From the NCBI GenBank assembly GCA_007376395.1, contig VMGE01000004.1, forward strand, positions 70,431 through 134,430: DNA of 64,000 bases, written 5' to 3'. This document shows positions 1 through 8,057 of the stretch, in pieces. Position 1 is the first letter of the stretch, and each line of letters begins with the position of its first letter. This stretch comes from Microgenomates group bacterium Gr01-1014_5. Lineage in GTDB: Bacteria; Patescibacteriota; Microgenomatia; UBA8517; UBA10165. The notes under the pieces were generated by a model that worked only from the letters and a program-made list of their open reading frames with translations, ran no database searches and had not been told where the DNA came from. A program made the translations under genes and the position numbers.

Positions 1-1
1 A

Positions 2-937
2 GAGCTTTTAGACCGAGCCGAATCCGAGGTCTTTTCTCTAACACAACAGCATGTTGACCGCGCTTTTACGCCAGTCCGTGCAACGCTCGCAGAGTCGTTC
101 GACAGATTAGACGAACTGCACAAAAGTCCGGGGGGATTGCGCGGCGTACCCTCTGGTTTTTCAAGTATTGACGACGCGCTCGCCGGTTTTCAAAAGTCTA
201 ATTTAATTATACTTGCGGCCCGTCCCGGTATGGGAAAGACGGCGCTTGCCCTAAACATTGCCCAGCATATCGCGGTTGTGGAAAAACGCTCGGTCGGCTT
301 TTTTTCACTTGAAATGAGCAAAGAAGAATTGGTTGACCGACTACTCGTTTCGCAAGCTAATATTGACGCCTGGAGGCTCAAGACCGGCAGGTTAAACGAG
401 GATGATTTTACCAGGCTTTCTGACGCAATGGGAATTCTTGCCGACGCACCTTTCTTTATCGATGACACTCCGGCAATGACTTGTTTGGAGATGCGCACAA
501 AAGCCCGCCGCCTGCAGGTCGAAAAAGGTTTGGATCTATTGGTTGTTGATTATTTGCAGTTGGCACGGGGCAGGAGTATGGATAATAGGGTGCAGGAAGT
601 TTCGGAAATCTCTCAAGGATTAAAAAATCTTGCCCGTGAGCTGAAAGTGCCGGTCATTGCCATTTCTCAGTTAAACCGTTCTGTTGAATCCAGGGGGTCA
701 AGAAAGCCGCAGTTGGCGGATCTGCGCGAGTCAGGGGCAATTGAGCAAGACGCCGATGTGGTCATGTTTTTGTGGCGGGAGGAAGAAGATGATTTGGAAA
801 ATTGTATACTAGACGTCGCCAAGCACAGAAACGGGCCCTTAAAAACAATTAAATTGCACTTCAAAGGCGACCGTATCCGTTTCTTTGAGCGGGAGACTAA
901 ACACGCTGTAAATTCTGCTACTCAAGAGGGGAAATAA
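2..937 (+). CDS. dnaB: Replicative DNA helicase DnaB, 5'-truncated by window edge
   Basis: Frame open from base 2 (ELLDRAESEVF...). Walker A AARPGMGKT, FSLEM, VVDYLQL, SQLNR, LADLRESGAIEQDAD, AKHRNGP. Confidence 0.97.
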   Translation, partial: ELLDRAESEVFSLTQQHVDRAFTPVRATLAESFDRLDELHKSPGGLRGVPSGFSSIDDALAGFQKSNLIILAARPGMGKTALALNIAQHIAVVEKRSVGFFSLEMSKEELVDRLLVSQANIDAWRLKTGRLNEDDFTRLSDAMGILADAPFFIDDTPAMTCLEMRTKARRLQVEKGLDLLVVDYLQLARGRSMDNRVQEVSEISQGLKNLARELKVPVIAISQLNRSVESRGSRKPQLADLRESGAIEQDADVVMFLWREEEDDLENCILDVAKHRNGPLKTIKLHFKGDRIRFFERETKHAVNSATQEGK

Positions 938-1256
938 CGCTTGTCGAGTGTTCAACACGTTCTTTGAAGTCTTCAGCTAATTTAGCAGACACGTCGTACT
1001 GGTCGACATCTTCAAATTTGGGCGAACCTAGACGAGATATATGGTATGTTTCGCCAAAGCTCCAGCCCAGCGAATCGTCCTGTCCAAGAGGAGCCTGGGG
1101 AACAATAACCCAAACGCGTTTTTCTAGAGTGTTGTTGGGTAATTCTACGCAATGTGGAACAAAAATCGGGGTTCTGCCTTCTACGACCAAAGCTTCAATA
1201 GCCCCCGGCTCTCTCAAGTCTAAAACCGGGCTGTGTATAGGAGATTCTACGCTCAT
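918..1256 (-). CDS. Hypothetical protein (likely start MSVESP at 1256)
   Basis: Open frame of 112 codons from an ATG, plausible composition, converges on dnaB. No recognisable motif. Confidence 0.45.
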   Translation of the reverse strand: MSVESPIHSPVLDLREPGAIEALVVEGRTPIFVPHCVELPNNTLEKRVWVIVPQAPLGQDDSLGWSFGETYHISRLGSPKFEDVDQYDVSAKLAEDFKERVEHSTSVISPLE

Positions 1257-1903
1257 TGAGCCGATTAAAGCATATTGATGTTGCTCATTTTGATGAACTT
1301 CGCCGTCGGGAAAGGCTTGAGGAGATTTATGCCGAGGAAAAAAGAAAACGTGAAGAGATACAAAGAAATATACCATTGTGGTTAATACCGAGTTTAACCA
1401 GTGAACCGGACGAAGAGTTAAAAAATGAACTCAGTCGCAGGTATCCTTACGATATTGCTTTTCGTAGTCAAGATGTGACCAGGAACCACTACTATTATGG
1501 CCCACTTTTTAAAAAAATGTTTGAAAATTTAAACTTTCCGCCTACAACCAGGTCAATTCGGAATTCAGCAGCTCCTCCAGCTGAAAATAAAATACTATTT
1601 AAACAGTTTAATCTTTTGTGCACAAATTGGACTAAACCATACAAATTATATCAATTTAGTGATGATTTCGAAGTTCCTAAAGATAGAGTTGATTGGTTAC
1701 TAAATGATAGTAATTCTATTGATGCTGTTCGTATAGTTCAGCTAAGGTTGAAACAATTAGGATTAGAAAGTGCAAAAAGTGATTTCCTTCTTTCTACTTT
1801 AGAAAGCCTAGGTCTCGGCTTATTACACACAGAAGAAGAAAGCGGTGTTGTATTAGGTTATAGTATGATGAGATTTGTGCAGGGAACTGTTTACTCCTGC
1901 TAA
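1256..1903 (+). CDS. Hypothetical protein, possibly a degenerate paralogue of the 1942-2479 family; start uncertain
   Basis: AT-rich 215-aa ORF. C-terminal RIVQLRLKQLGL...ESLGLGL resembles the ELGLELC segment of the neighbouring pseudogene family. Confidence 0.5.
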   Translation: MSRLKHIDVAHFDELRRRERLEEIYAEEKRKREEIQRNIPLWLIPSLTSEPDEELKNELSRRYPYDIAFRSQDVTRNHYYYGPLFKKMFENLNFPPTTRSIRNSAAPPAENKILFKQFNLLCTNWTKPYKLYQFSDDFEVPKDRVDWLLNDSNSIDAVRIVQLRLKQLGLESAKSDFLLSTLESLGLGLLHTEEESGVVLGYSMMRFVQGTVYSC

Positions 1904-1905
1904 CG

Positions 1906-1934
1906 TTGACAACTATCTTATAGTCTGATATTAT
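1906..1934 (+). promoter_or_regulatory. Sigma70-type promoter directly before ATG 1942
   Basis: TTGACA (1906-1911), 17-bp spacer, TATTAT (1929-1934), ATG 7 nt later. Confidence 0.75.
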
Positions 1935-1941
1935 CTGCTAA

Positions 1942-2479
1942 ATGGCGGCTGAATTCGAGAAACTAAGGTGCGAAATGGTAGAAAAGTCAGAACAAGTTCG
2001 TGCTTCTGGTCAAGGAAAAAATGCTGAATATCTGCCTCTCTTCTCGGGAATAACCTTTGAACAAATAGCGTTCCACCCCGATCAAATTACAGACGACACT
2101 AAAGTTTTTATAGGATCCCTCATCTATTACGATTCAGAAGGAAAATTAGTCAGAATCTTTGATAAATTAAAAAACGTCAAAAATATTTATACATCCTTTC
2201 CTGAAGGGAGAGTTCCAAGAATTAGGGTTAGAACTTTGCCCAGCCGAAGTTGGCGCATATAAAAGACTTGTCGACACAAATCAACAACAAAGTGCCGGGT
2301 ATTTTATCGGCATGGAACCTATTTATCATGGAGGTCTGCTCACACTTTTTAACCTCAATGTTAAGAATGATGAAAGTGGTTTATCTCACAAGTTAATATT
2401 GTCGAATATAAGTAATATTTATATTCCACGGGATCCTGATGACGAATTCGTCTTTTGTATGCCAAGAGCGAAAAATTGA
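1942..2479 (+). pseudogene. Frameshifted, internally deleted CPR hypothetical (…IYTSFPEG… / …ELGLELCPAEVG…EFVF family)
   Basis: First frame reads ...KNIYTSFPEGRV. The +1 frame from 2216 reads QELGLELCPAEVGAYKRL...PDDEFVFCMPRAKN to TGA at 2477-2479. Confidence 0.6.
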
Positions 2480-2616
2480 CGCACCCATCGTTAATGAATA
2501 AAGAAACGGGAGTCGAACACTATGCTCAAGCAACTCACTTGGGGCTTTCTTGCACTTCTATTTAGAACTCGTCACCCTTGAGCCTAGACCTGGTAAATGG
2601 TAAAATATACTACTAG

Positions 2617-2703
2617 GCCGGGGTGGTGGAACGGCAGACACGCACGCCTCAAGAGCGTGTAATCGCATAGATTGTGAGAGTTCGAATCTCTCCCCCGGCA
2701 CCA
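2617..2703 (+). tRNA. tRNA-Leu(CAA)
   Basis: Acceptor GCCGGGG/CCCCGGC, anticodon arm CACGC-CTCAAGA-GCGTG, long variable arm, GTTCGAATC T-loop, encoded CCA. Confidence 0.96.
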
Positions 2704-2729
2704 CGTAGGAATTTGCAAGCGGCTTTGGT

Positions 2730-2771
2730 TCGCCTCGCGGAGTTTATCCCGCTTTTGGCGGGACTCGGCGA
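2730..2771. repeat. GC-rich composite hairpin (REP-like or terminator) after the tRNA
   Basis: TCGCC..GAGT..CCCGC-TTTTG-GCGGG-ACTC-GGCGA nested stems. Confidence 0.55.
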
Positions 2772-2825
2772 CTGATTCGTATTCAATTTTTAGGGAAGAG
2801 GATTTTTAACTCGAATAATAAAGAT

Positions 2826-3380
2826 ATGATTCCCGTAACAGAACTAAGAAAAGGTGTGACGTTTGAGTTTGGGGGCTCGCCTTATAAAGTTTTAGAGTAT
2901 CATCACATTAAGGTCGGGCGTGGAGGAGCCACAATCCGTGTTTCTGTGCGCAATTTAGTTAACGGGGGAACTGAGGAAAAAACCTTCAATAACGGGGCTT
3001 CCGTTAAATCCATTAATACGGTTAAAAGACGCCTGCAATATCTGTACGAGGCTGAAAATGCAGTTTTTATGGACCCAAAAACTTTTGAACAAGTAGAAAT
3101 AGGAAAAACAGCAATTAACCAGGAGTTAGTCTATTTAAAAGAAGGGCAACAAACCGATGTGCTTTTTTGGGAAGAGCGCGCTTTGGGAATAGAACTTCCG
3201 CCCAACGTAACGCTAACTGTAACCGAGGCGGATCCGGGAGTGAAGGGCAACAGCGCGTCTAATTTTTATAAACCTGCAAAGCTGGAAAACGGACTTCAAG
3301 TGAAAGTCCCGCTGTTTATTAAAGTGGGGGAGAAAGTGCGCGTTGATACCCGTACAGGACAATATGTTGAGAGAGCATAA
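2826..3380 (+). CDS. efp: Elongation factor P
   Basis: HIKVGRGGA loop, PGVKGNS, LENGLQVKVPLFI, VDTRTGQYVER; 184 aa. Confidence 0.97.
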   Translation: MIPVTELRKGVTFEFGGSPYKVLEYHHIKVGRGGATIRVSVRNLVNGGTEEKTFNNGASVKSINTVKRRLQYLYEAENAVFMDPKTFEQVEIGKTAINQELVYLKEGQQTDVLFWEERALGIELPPNVTLTVTEADPGVKGNSASNFYKPAKLENGLQVKVPLFIKVGEKVRVDTRTGQYVERA

Positions 3381-3873
3381 TCGGGTTACCAGGTGCCAGG
3401 TTACCGGGTTATCTGGTTTCGGGTTGTTAGGTTTCCAGATTATCAGGTAAGATTGGTTGTGGCGATTAAAGATGTTAAAGACTTGAGGGTTTATCAGCTC
3501 GCTTTAGAACTGTTAGAAGTAGTTTACCAAACAGTTTATAAAATTCCCCATCTTAAACTTAGAACTCAACTTACTAAATCTGCCGAAGCTATAGCACCCC
3601 TAATAAGTGAAGGTTTTTCCAAAAGAAGAAATCCTAAAGAGACTGCTAGGTTTTATGAAATGGCTATGGCTGAAAGCGATGAGGTACTAACTCATCTAGA
3701 GGAAGCAATTATACTCTCAAAAACTCTGCGTACAATTCCCAGAGTCGAGTGTGAGATATTATTAGAAAGATACACAACACTATCGAAGCAGCTTAATAAA
3801 TTATTCAGTGCTTGGAAAAAATTTTCAGCCTGATTTTCCGAGAACCTGATTGCCTGGTACCTGAAAACCCGAT
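3380..3873. mobile_element. Four-helix-bundle gene cassette bounded by 31-bp imperfect inverted repeats of ~8-mer units
   Basis: 3380-3410 versus the reverse complement of 3843-3873 match at 24/31 positions. Units YCRGGTTA on the left and their complement on the right. Confidence 0.6.
3459..3833 (+). CDS. Four helix bundle protein (23S rRNA IVP / bAvd-like); likely GTG start 3459
   Basis: KDLRVYQLA...LRTQL.KSA..I...ISEGF...F..MA..ES.E...HL pattern. The upstream extension of the called ORF is the repeat array. Confidence 0.85.
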   Translation: MAIKDVKDLRVYQLALELLEVVYQTVYKIPHLKLRTQLTKSAEAIAPLISEGFSKRRNPKETARFYEMAMAESDEVLTHLEEAIILSKTLRTIPRVECEILLERYTTLSKQLNKLFSAWKKFSA

Positions 3874-3880
3874 AATCTGT

Positions 3881-4339
3881 TTAGAATACCCACGCGAAGA
3901 CGGCGGCTAAGAGCAGAACTTGGGTTAGAATGCCCAAGAACGGAGGAGCGTCGTTTTGAATACTTTTCTGAAACTTCAAAAGCTTCTCAATTGGCCAAAT
4001 CCTTAAACTGGTAAGAAAATGCGGAGCTTCCAAAACATCCGGCAGAACTCCCATAAACGCTCCTGTAATTACATACATGAATTTAGTTTGGTCGGGAAGA
4101 ACAGTTGAGGCAATAAGCAGGCCACCGGCCAAACTCAAAAAAACGTCAGTGGCAATGAAGGTCAAGGTTTTATTTGAGAGACGGCCGAATTTATTCAGCT
4201 CGGTATTCAAATGGGGATTCCAATGGGGGAGAAGATCGAGAGCAAAATGGCTCGCGAGGGCTAAGGGCAGTGAAAGCGCAGGATTGCCGATTTTAGCTGC
4301 AATTGCCGCACCTACTATTGTGTGTGGTAACTCAAGCAC
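3881..4339 (-). CDS. Membrane protein, putative metal-binding hydrolase
   Basis: PHTIVG, SHFALDLLPHW and LPD motifs with hydrophobic helices. Confidence 0.75.
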   Translation of the reverse strand: MLELPHTIVGAAIAAKIGNPALSLPLALASHFALDLLPHWNPHLNTELNKFGRLSNKTLTFIATDVFLSLAGGLLIASTVLPDQTKFMYVITGAFMGVLPDVLEAPHFLTSLRIWPIEKLLKFQKSIQNDAPPFLGILTQVLLLAAVFAWVF

Positions 4340-4349
4340 GTTAAATCTG

Positions 4350-4378
4350 ATAATATATTCTTACTGTGTGGATGTCAA
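4350..4378 (-). promoter_or_regulatory. Sigma70-type promoter for 3881-4339
   Basis: Minus strand TTGACA, 17-bp spacer, TATTAT, 10 nt before GTG. Confidence 0.6.
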
Positions 4379-5019
4379 CGTTGGTAATTACATTTTTTAA
4401 TTTTGTTTCCATTTTTGCTTTTTCTTATGTTTTGTGGAAAAAGCTTAAGGAGGATTATCACCACGATACAATCTTTAAATTTACTTTAACGATTTTATTT
4501 GGAGCCGGCGCGGGCTGGTGGGTCGGAGAAAGCTGGGCAAAAGATTTTGTTTTTTGGCTGGTTTTTGCAGGCGGGGGAGGCGCAGGATACTTATATCTGC
4601 AAAGACTAAACTTAAAGTTTTTCGAGATAATAGACGCGATCTCTCTTGGCACTTTTTATTTCCTTTTTTTACTTTACCTCGGCCGTTCAATAGTCCTTTT
4701 TGCTTTACCTAATTACTTTTTTATCGCACACGCCGCACTTTCGGTGTTGCTGATTTTTTTATACGCTTATTTCATAAGAAACTACCGCGGATTCCGCTGG
4801 TACCCTTCAGGGAAAGTGGGGTTTGCCGGCTTGTTTACACTCTCCTTATTCTTCTTGGGACACGGCTTAAGCGCTTTGGTAAAGCATTTCCAAGACCCTG
4901 TAATTTTCTTCCAATATTCACCCTTGTCTTTGAGCGCGGAGGTTGTTAATGTTATACTTTCATTGTCCTTATCTGGAATTCTTGCTTGGGTTTTATATAC
5001 CCGTTCGGGTAGAAGGTAA
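4372..5019 (+). CDS. Polytopic membrane protein, Lgt-like (divergent)
   Basis: Six to seven TM segments, F.E..D.I and YRGFRWYPSGKVGF. Catalytic motifs not confirmed. Confidence 0.7.
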   Translation: MSTLVITFFNFVSIFAFSYVLWKKLKEDYHHDTIFKFTLTILFGAGAGWWVGESWAKDFVFWLVFAGGGGAGYLYLQRLNLKFFEIIDAISLGTFYFLFLLYLGRSIVLFALPNYFFIAHAALSVLLIFLYAYFIRNYRGFRWYPSGKVGFAGLFTLSLFFLGHGLSALVKHFQDPVIFFQYSPLSLSAEVVNVILSLSLSGILAWVLYTRSGRR

Positions 5020-5022
5020 AAA

Positions 5023-5439
5023 ATGGCAAAAAAATTGAAAAAAGTAATTAGCAACGGAGACAGCAGGCCAGCCGTAATACGAATTCCGGCAAAACTCCTT
5101 TCTCCAATAGGTAAGTTATTAAGCGGCCAATTGCAATCTTTAGAGCGCAGACGCCGCGGTTTAGACAGCGATGATCCTTTTATAACCGGTCGGGAAGACA
5201 GTCTGGCGTCACCTGATACAAACGCGGCCGAGCAATTTGGACACGCAAGAATTGAAGCAGTTAAAAAAGAAATCGACCGCAGGCTTATCCAAATGCGCAA
5301 AGCTTTGGCTCGTATTAAAGTCGGCAGTTATGGAATTTGTGAGGAGTGCGGACAGATGATTGACACAGACCGCTTAATGGTTTTTGCCGAAGCGACACTA
5401 TGTGTAAATTGTGAGAAAAGAAAAGAAAGGTCGAAATAA
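5023..5439 (+). CDS. TraR/DksA C4-type zinc finger protein
   Basis: Coiled coil then ALARIKVGSYGICEECG...RL...EATLCVNC. Confidence 0.92.
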   Translation: MAKKLKKVISNGDSRPAVIRIPAKLLSPIGKLLSGQLQSLERRRRGLDSDDPFITGREDSLASPDTNAAEQFGHARIEAVKKEIDRRLIQMRKALARIKVGSYGICEECGQMIDTDRLMVFAEATLCVNCEKRKERSK

Positions 5440-5479
5440 GCGGAGCTTGCTGCTTCGCAGTAAGAAGGTAAAAACAACT

Positions 5480-6280
5480 GTGACTCCTAACATCCTCTTT
5501 GAAGATTCTGTTGTTTTAGTAGTAGATAAGCCGGCTGGCTTGGTGGTGAATCGCGCTGAGTCTGTAAAAGAACCAACGCTTCAGGATTGGGTTATAAATA
5601 ATTTTCAATTTTCAATTTTCAATTTTCAAGACGGAATAACTGAATTTGAAAAAAGGTCGGGGATTGTTCACAGGATTGATAAAGAGACGAGCGGAGTATT
5701 GCTTGTTGCCAAAACTCCGGAGGCGTTTGTAGAACTGCAAAGGCAATTTAAGGAGCGCGAGATAGAAAAGACTTATATCGCACTTGTCCACGGCAAGTTT
5801 GAGCGCGAGCAGGGGGTAATTAATGCTTCGGTAGGCAGGCTTCCATGGAATAGAGAGCGTTTTGGTATTTTGCCTGGCGGAAGAGAGGCAGAAACCAGAT
5901 ATAAGGTCGTAAAGAATTACGACAAAGTCGCAAGCTCAGCTTATGAATTAAGAATTAAGAATAACGGTAGGGATAAAGCGCATAATTCATTATTCAAGAT
6001 TCATGATTCGTATTCTTTGGTAGAATTTTACCCAAAAACCGGTAGGACACACCAAATTAGAGTACACGCAAAATATCTTCACCACGCCCTGGTTAGTGAT
6101 ACTTTTTATGCCGGCCGCAAAACTTCGCGCCGCGACCGAGAATGGTGTCCGCGTCTTTTTCTCCACGCGGCAAAAATAAGTTTTACCCATCCGGAAACAA
6201 AAGAGAGGGTCGTGATCGAATCTCTATTGCCTGGAGATTTGCAATCGGCATTGTCACACCTCGGAGGCGTAAATCCTTAG
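5480..6280 (+). CDS. RluA/RluD-family pseudouridine synthase (likely GTG start 5480) with two in-frame repeat insertions
   Basis: VVDKPAGLVV, HRIDKETSGVLL, TGRTHQIRVH, LFLHA. Hairpin GCGGAGC/GCTTCGC at 5440-5458 argues against the earlier start. Confidence 0.93.
   Translation: MTPNILFEDSVVLVVDKPAGLVVNRAESVKEPTLQDWVINNFQFSIFNFQDGITEFEKRSGIVHRIDKETSGVLLVAKTPEAFVELQRQFKEREIEKTYIALVHGKFEREQGVINASVGRLPWNRERFGILPGGREAETRYKVVKNYDKVASSAYELRIKNNGRDKAHNSLFKIHDSYSLVEFYPKTGRTHQIRVHAKYLHHALVSDTFYAGRKTSRRDREWCPRLFLHAAKISFTHPETKERVVIESLLPGDLQSALSHLGGVNP
5600..5629. repeat. Heptamer tandem array (AATTTTC)x4 inside rluA
   Basis: Encodes NFQFSIFNFQ. Confidence 0.85.
5941..6009. repeat. Inverted heptamer arrays inside rluA
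   Basis: TATGAAT TAAGAAT TAAGAAT ... AATTCAT TATTCAA GATTCAT GATTC. Encodes YELRIKNNGRDKAHNSLFKIHDS. Confidence 0.75.
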
Positions 6281-6328
6281 GTGCAAACCTAATCCACACC
6301 GGGTGTGGAATAGCTTGGCACATCGGGA
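6274..6328. repeat. 55-bp palindromic element, copy 1
   Basis: 27-bp arms (21/27 complementary) around CCACACC-G-GGTGTGG. Second copy at 14999-15081. Confidence 0.85.
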
Positions 6329-6330
6329 GA

Positions 6331-6367
6331 ACTTGTACTACTTTTACTACTTGTGCTACTTTTAGTT
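6331..6367. repeat. Degenerate 9-mer tandem array
   Basis: ACTTGTACT ACTTTTACT ACTTGTGCT ACTTTTAGT. Confidence 0.65.
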
Positions 6368-6368
6368 A

Positions 6369-8057
6369 GTGTCAATTTTTCTCGCGGTTAGTATAGGCAT
6401 AATTACTGCGGCTTTCTTCGGCTTCATAGCCCGGCTTTTTCGCCAGCCGCCGATTGTTGGCTATCTCTTTGCCGGACTGGCGCTTGCTTTATTGGGAGTC
6501 TTTAGCGACGATCAGAAACCCCTCTTGCAAACTATGGCACAGCTCGGGGTAACGTTCTTGCTTTTCCTCATCGGATTAGAAATAAACTTGCGGGAACTAG
6601 CCTCAATTGGCAGAGTGGTAATCCTTGGCGGGATAGGGCAGATCTTCTTTACTTCACTTGCCGGTTACTTTATAGCGGCACTTTTAGGATTTAGCACAAT
6701 TGAGTCATTATATATCGCCGTAGCTCTTACTTTTTCTTCCACCATAGTTGTCGTCAAACTGCTTTCTGAGAAAAAAGACCTGGACAGTTTATATGGCAAA
6801 ATAACAGTGGGATTTTTGCTGGTACAGGATATTGCGGCTATCCTCACCCTTGTTTTTCTCTCAGGTTTCCAAACAGCCAGCTTCGAGCCCTTAACTTTCT
6901 TTTGGGTTTTAGTCAAAGGTGTTGGGCTTCTCGCAGTGGTTTACCTTTTGTCTAAATTTGTTTTGACTCGTGTTTTTGACCGGGTTGCTGCGACTTCTGT
7001 TGAGTTGTTGTTTGTCTCGAGCATTGGCTGGATGCTGGGAGTAGCCTCAGTAGTTAGTCTGCCGCAAATTGGATTTACACCCGAGATTGGCGGTTTACTG
7101 GCCGGAGTTGCCTTGGCAAATTCTTCCGCACATTTACAAATAGCCTCACGGGTTAAACCCCTGCGGGACTTTTTTATTACCATCTTTTTCCTGCTTTTAG
7201 GAACCAAAATGGTAGTAGGCTTAAATCCTCAAGTGATAATTCCAGCCTTAATTTTATCAGTATTTGTGGTCGTTGGGGGGCCGCTTATTGTTTTAGGATT
7301 ACTAGGATTATTAGGACACAAGAAACGTACTTCATTTTTATCAGCGGTAACTTTTGCTCAGGTTTCTGAATTTTCTTTAATCCTCATCGCTTTTGGGCGG
7401 AACTTGGGCCACGTTTCGGAGTTTGTAGTAGGGCTGGTAACTTTGGTTGCCGTAATTACTATGATAACCTCCACTTATTTGATCATCAACGGTTATAGAC
7501 TTTATTTAATACTTGCGCCTATTTTGGGAATATTTGAACGCAAGAAAATTCGCGAGACCGCGCTTTCAATAAACCGCGAGTTCGCCGAACACGTTGTCTT
7601 GCTTGGGTGCGACAGGCTAGGCAGAAGAGTTTTGCCGCTTTTAGAGAAAAAGGAAAAGAATGTCGTTGTTATCGATTTTAACCCCAGAGTGGTTTCTGAG
7701 CTTGTAGCCCAAAATCATCAAGCGTATTATGGAGATGCATCTGACATCGAGACTTTAGAGAGTTTGAGTCTTCCCCAGGCAAGGTTAATTGTTTCAACGA
7801 CCGGGAGTCTCGAAGACAATTTAATTGTGCTTGAATATTTAGGCAAACTCGAAAAGCCTCCGCTTTCAATTTTTGCTGCCGCAACTCCCCAAGAAGCCTT
7901 AACCCTTTACGAAAAAGGCGCAGACTATGTAATAGTACCCCAAGTGGCGGCAGGCGACCACCTAGCTCATCTCCTGAGTGTACACGGCATTAATAAAAAC
8001 CACTTCAAAGTACTGCGGGAACGTCACTTCGACCGCCTTGCAAAAGATCGGTTTTAA
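6369..8057 (+). CDS. CPA2 (KefC-like) cation:proton antiporter with C-terminal TrkA-N/RCK domain
   Basis: QPPIVGY, LLFLIGLE, FSST, LLVQD, QVSEFS, then GCDRLG...IDFNP...YGDA. Confidence 0.92.
   Translation: MSIFLAVSIGIITAAFFGFIARLFRQPPIVGYLFAGLALALLGVFSDDQKPLLQTMAQLGVTFLLFLIGLEINLRELASIGRVVILGGIGQIFFTSLAGYFIAALLGFSTIESLYIAVALTFSSTIVVVKLLSEKKDLDSLYGKITVGFLLVQDIAAILTLVFLSGFQTASFEPLTFFWVLVKGVGLLAVVYLLSKFVLTRVFDRVAATSVELLFVSSIGWMLGVASVVSLPQIGFTPEIGGLLAGVALANSSAHLQIASRVKPLRDFFITIFFLLLGTKMVVGLNPQVIIPALILSVFVVVGGPLIVLGLLGLLGHKKRTSFLSAVTFAQVSEFSLILIAFGRNLGHVSEFVVGLVTLVAVITMITSTYLIINGYRLYLILAPILGIFERKKIRETALSINREFAEHVVLLGCDRLGRRVLPLLEKKEKNVVVIDFNPRVVSELVAQNHQAYYGDASDIETLESLSLPQARLIVSTTGSLEDNLIVLEYLGKLEKPPLSIFAAATPQEALTLYEKGADYVIVPQVAAGDHLAHLLSVHGINKNHFKVLRERHFDRLAKDRF

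Noticed and set aside
1256-3833. Complete diversity-generating retroelement (target-like gene near an Avd-like gene)
   Set aside because: No reverse transcriptase and no TR/VR pair seen. tRNA-Leu and efp separate the genes.
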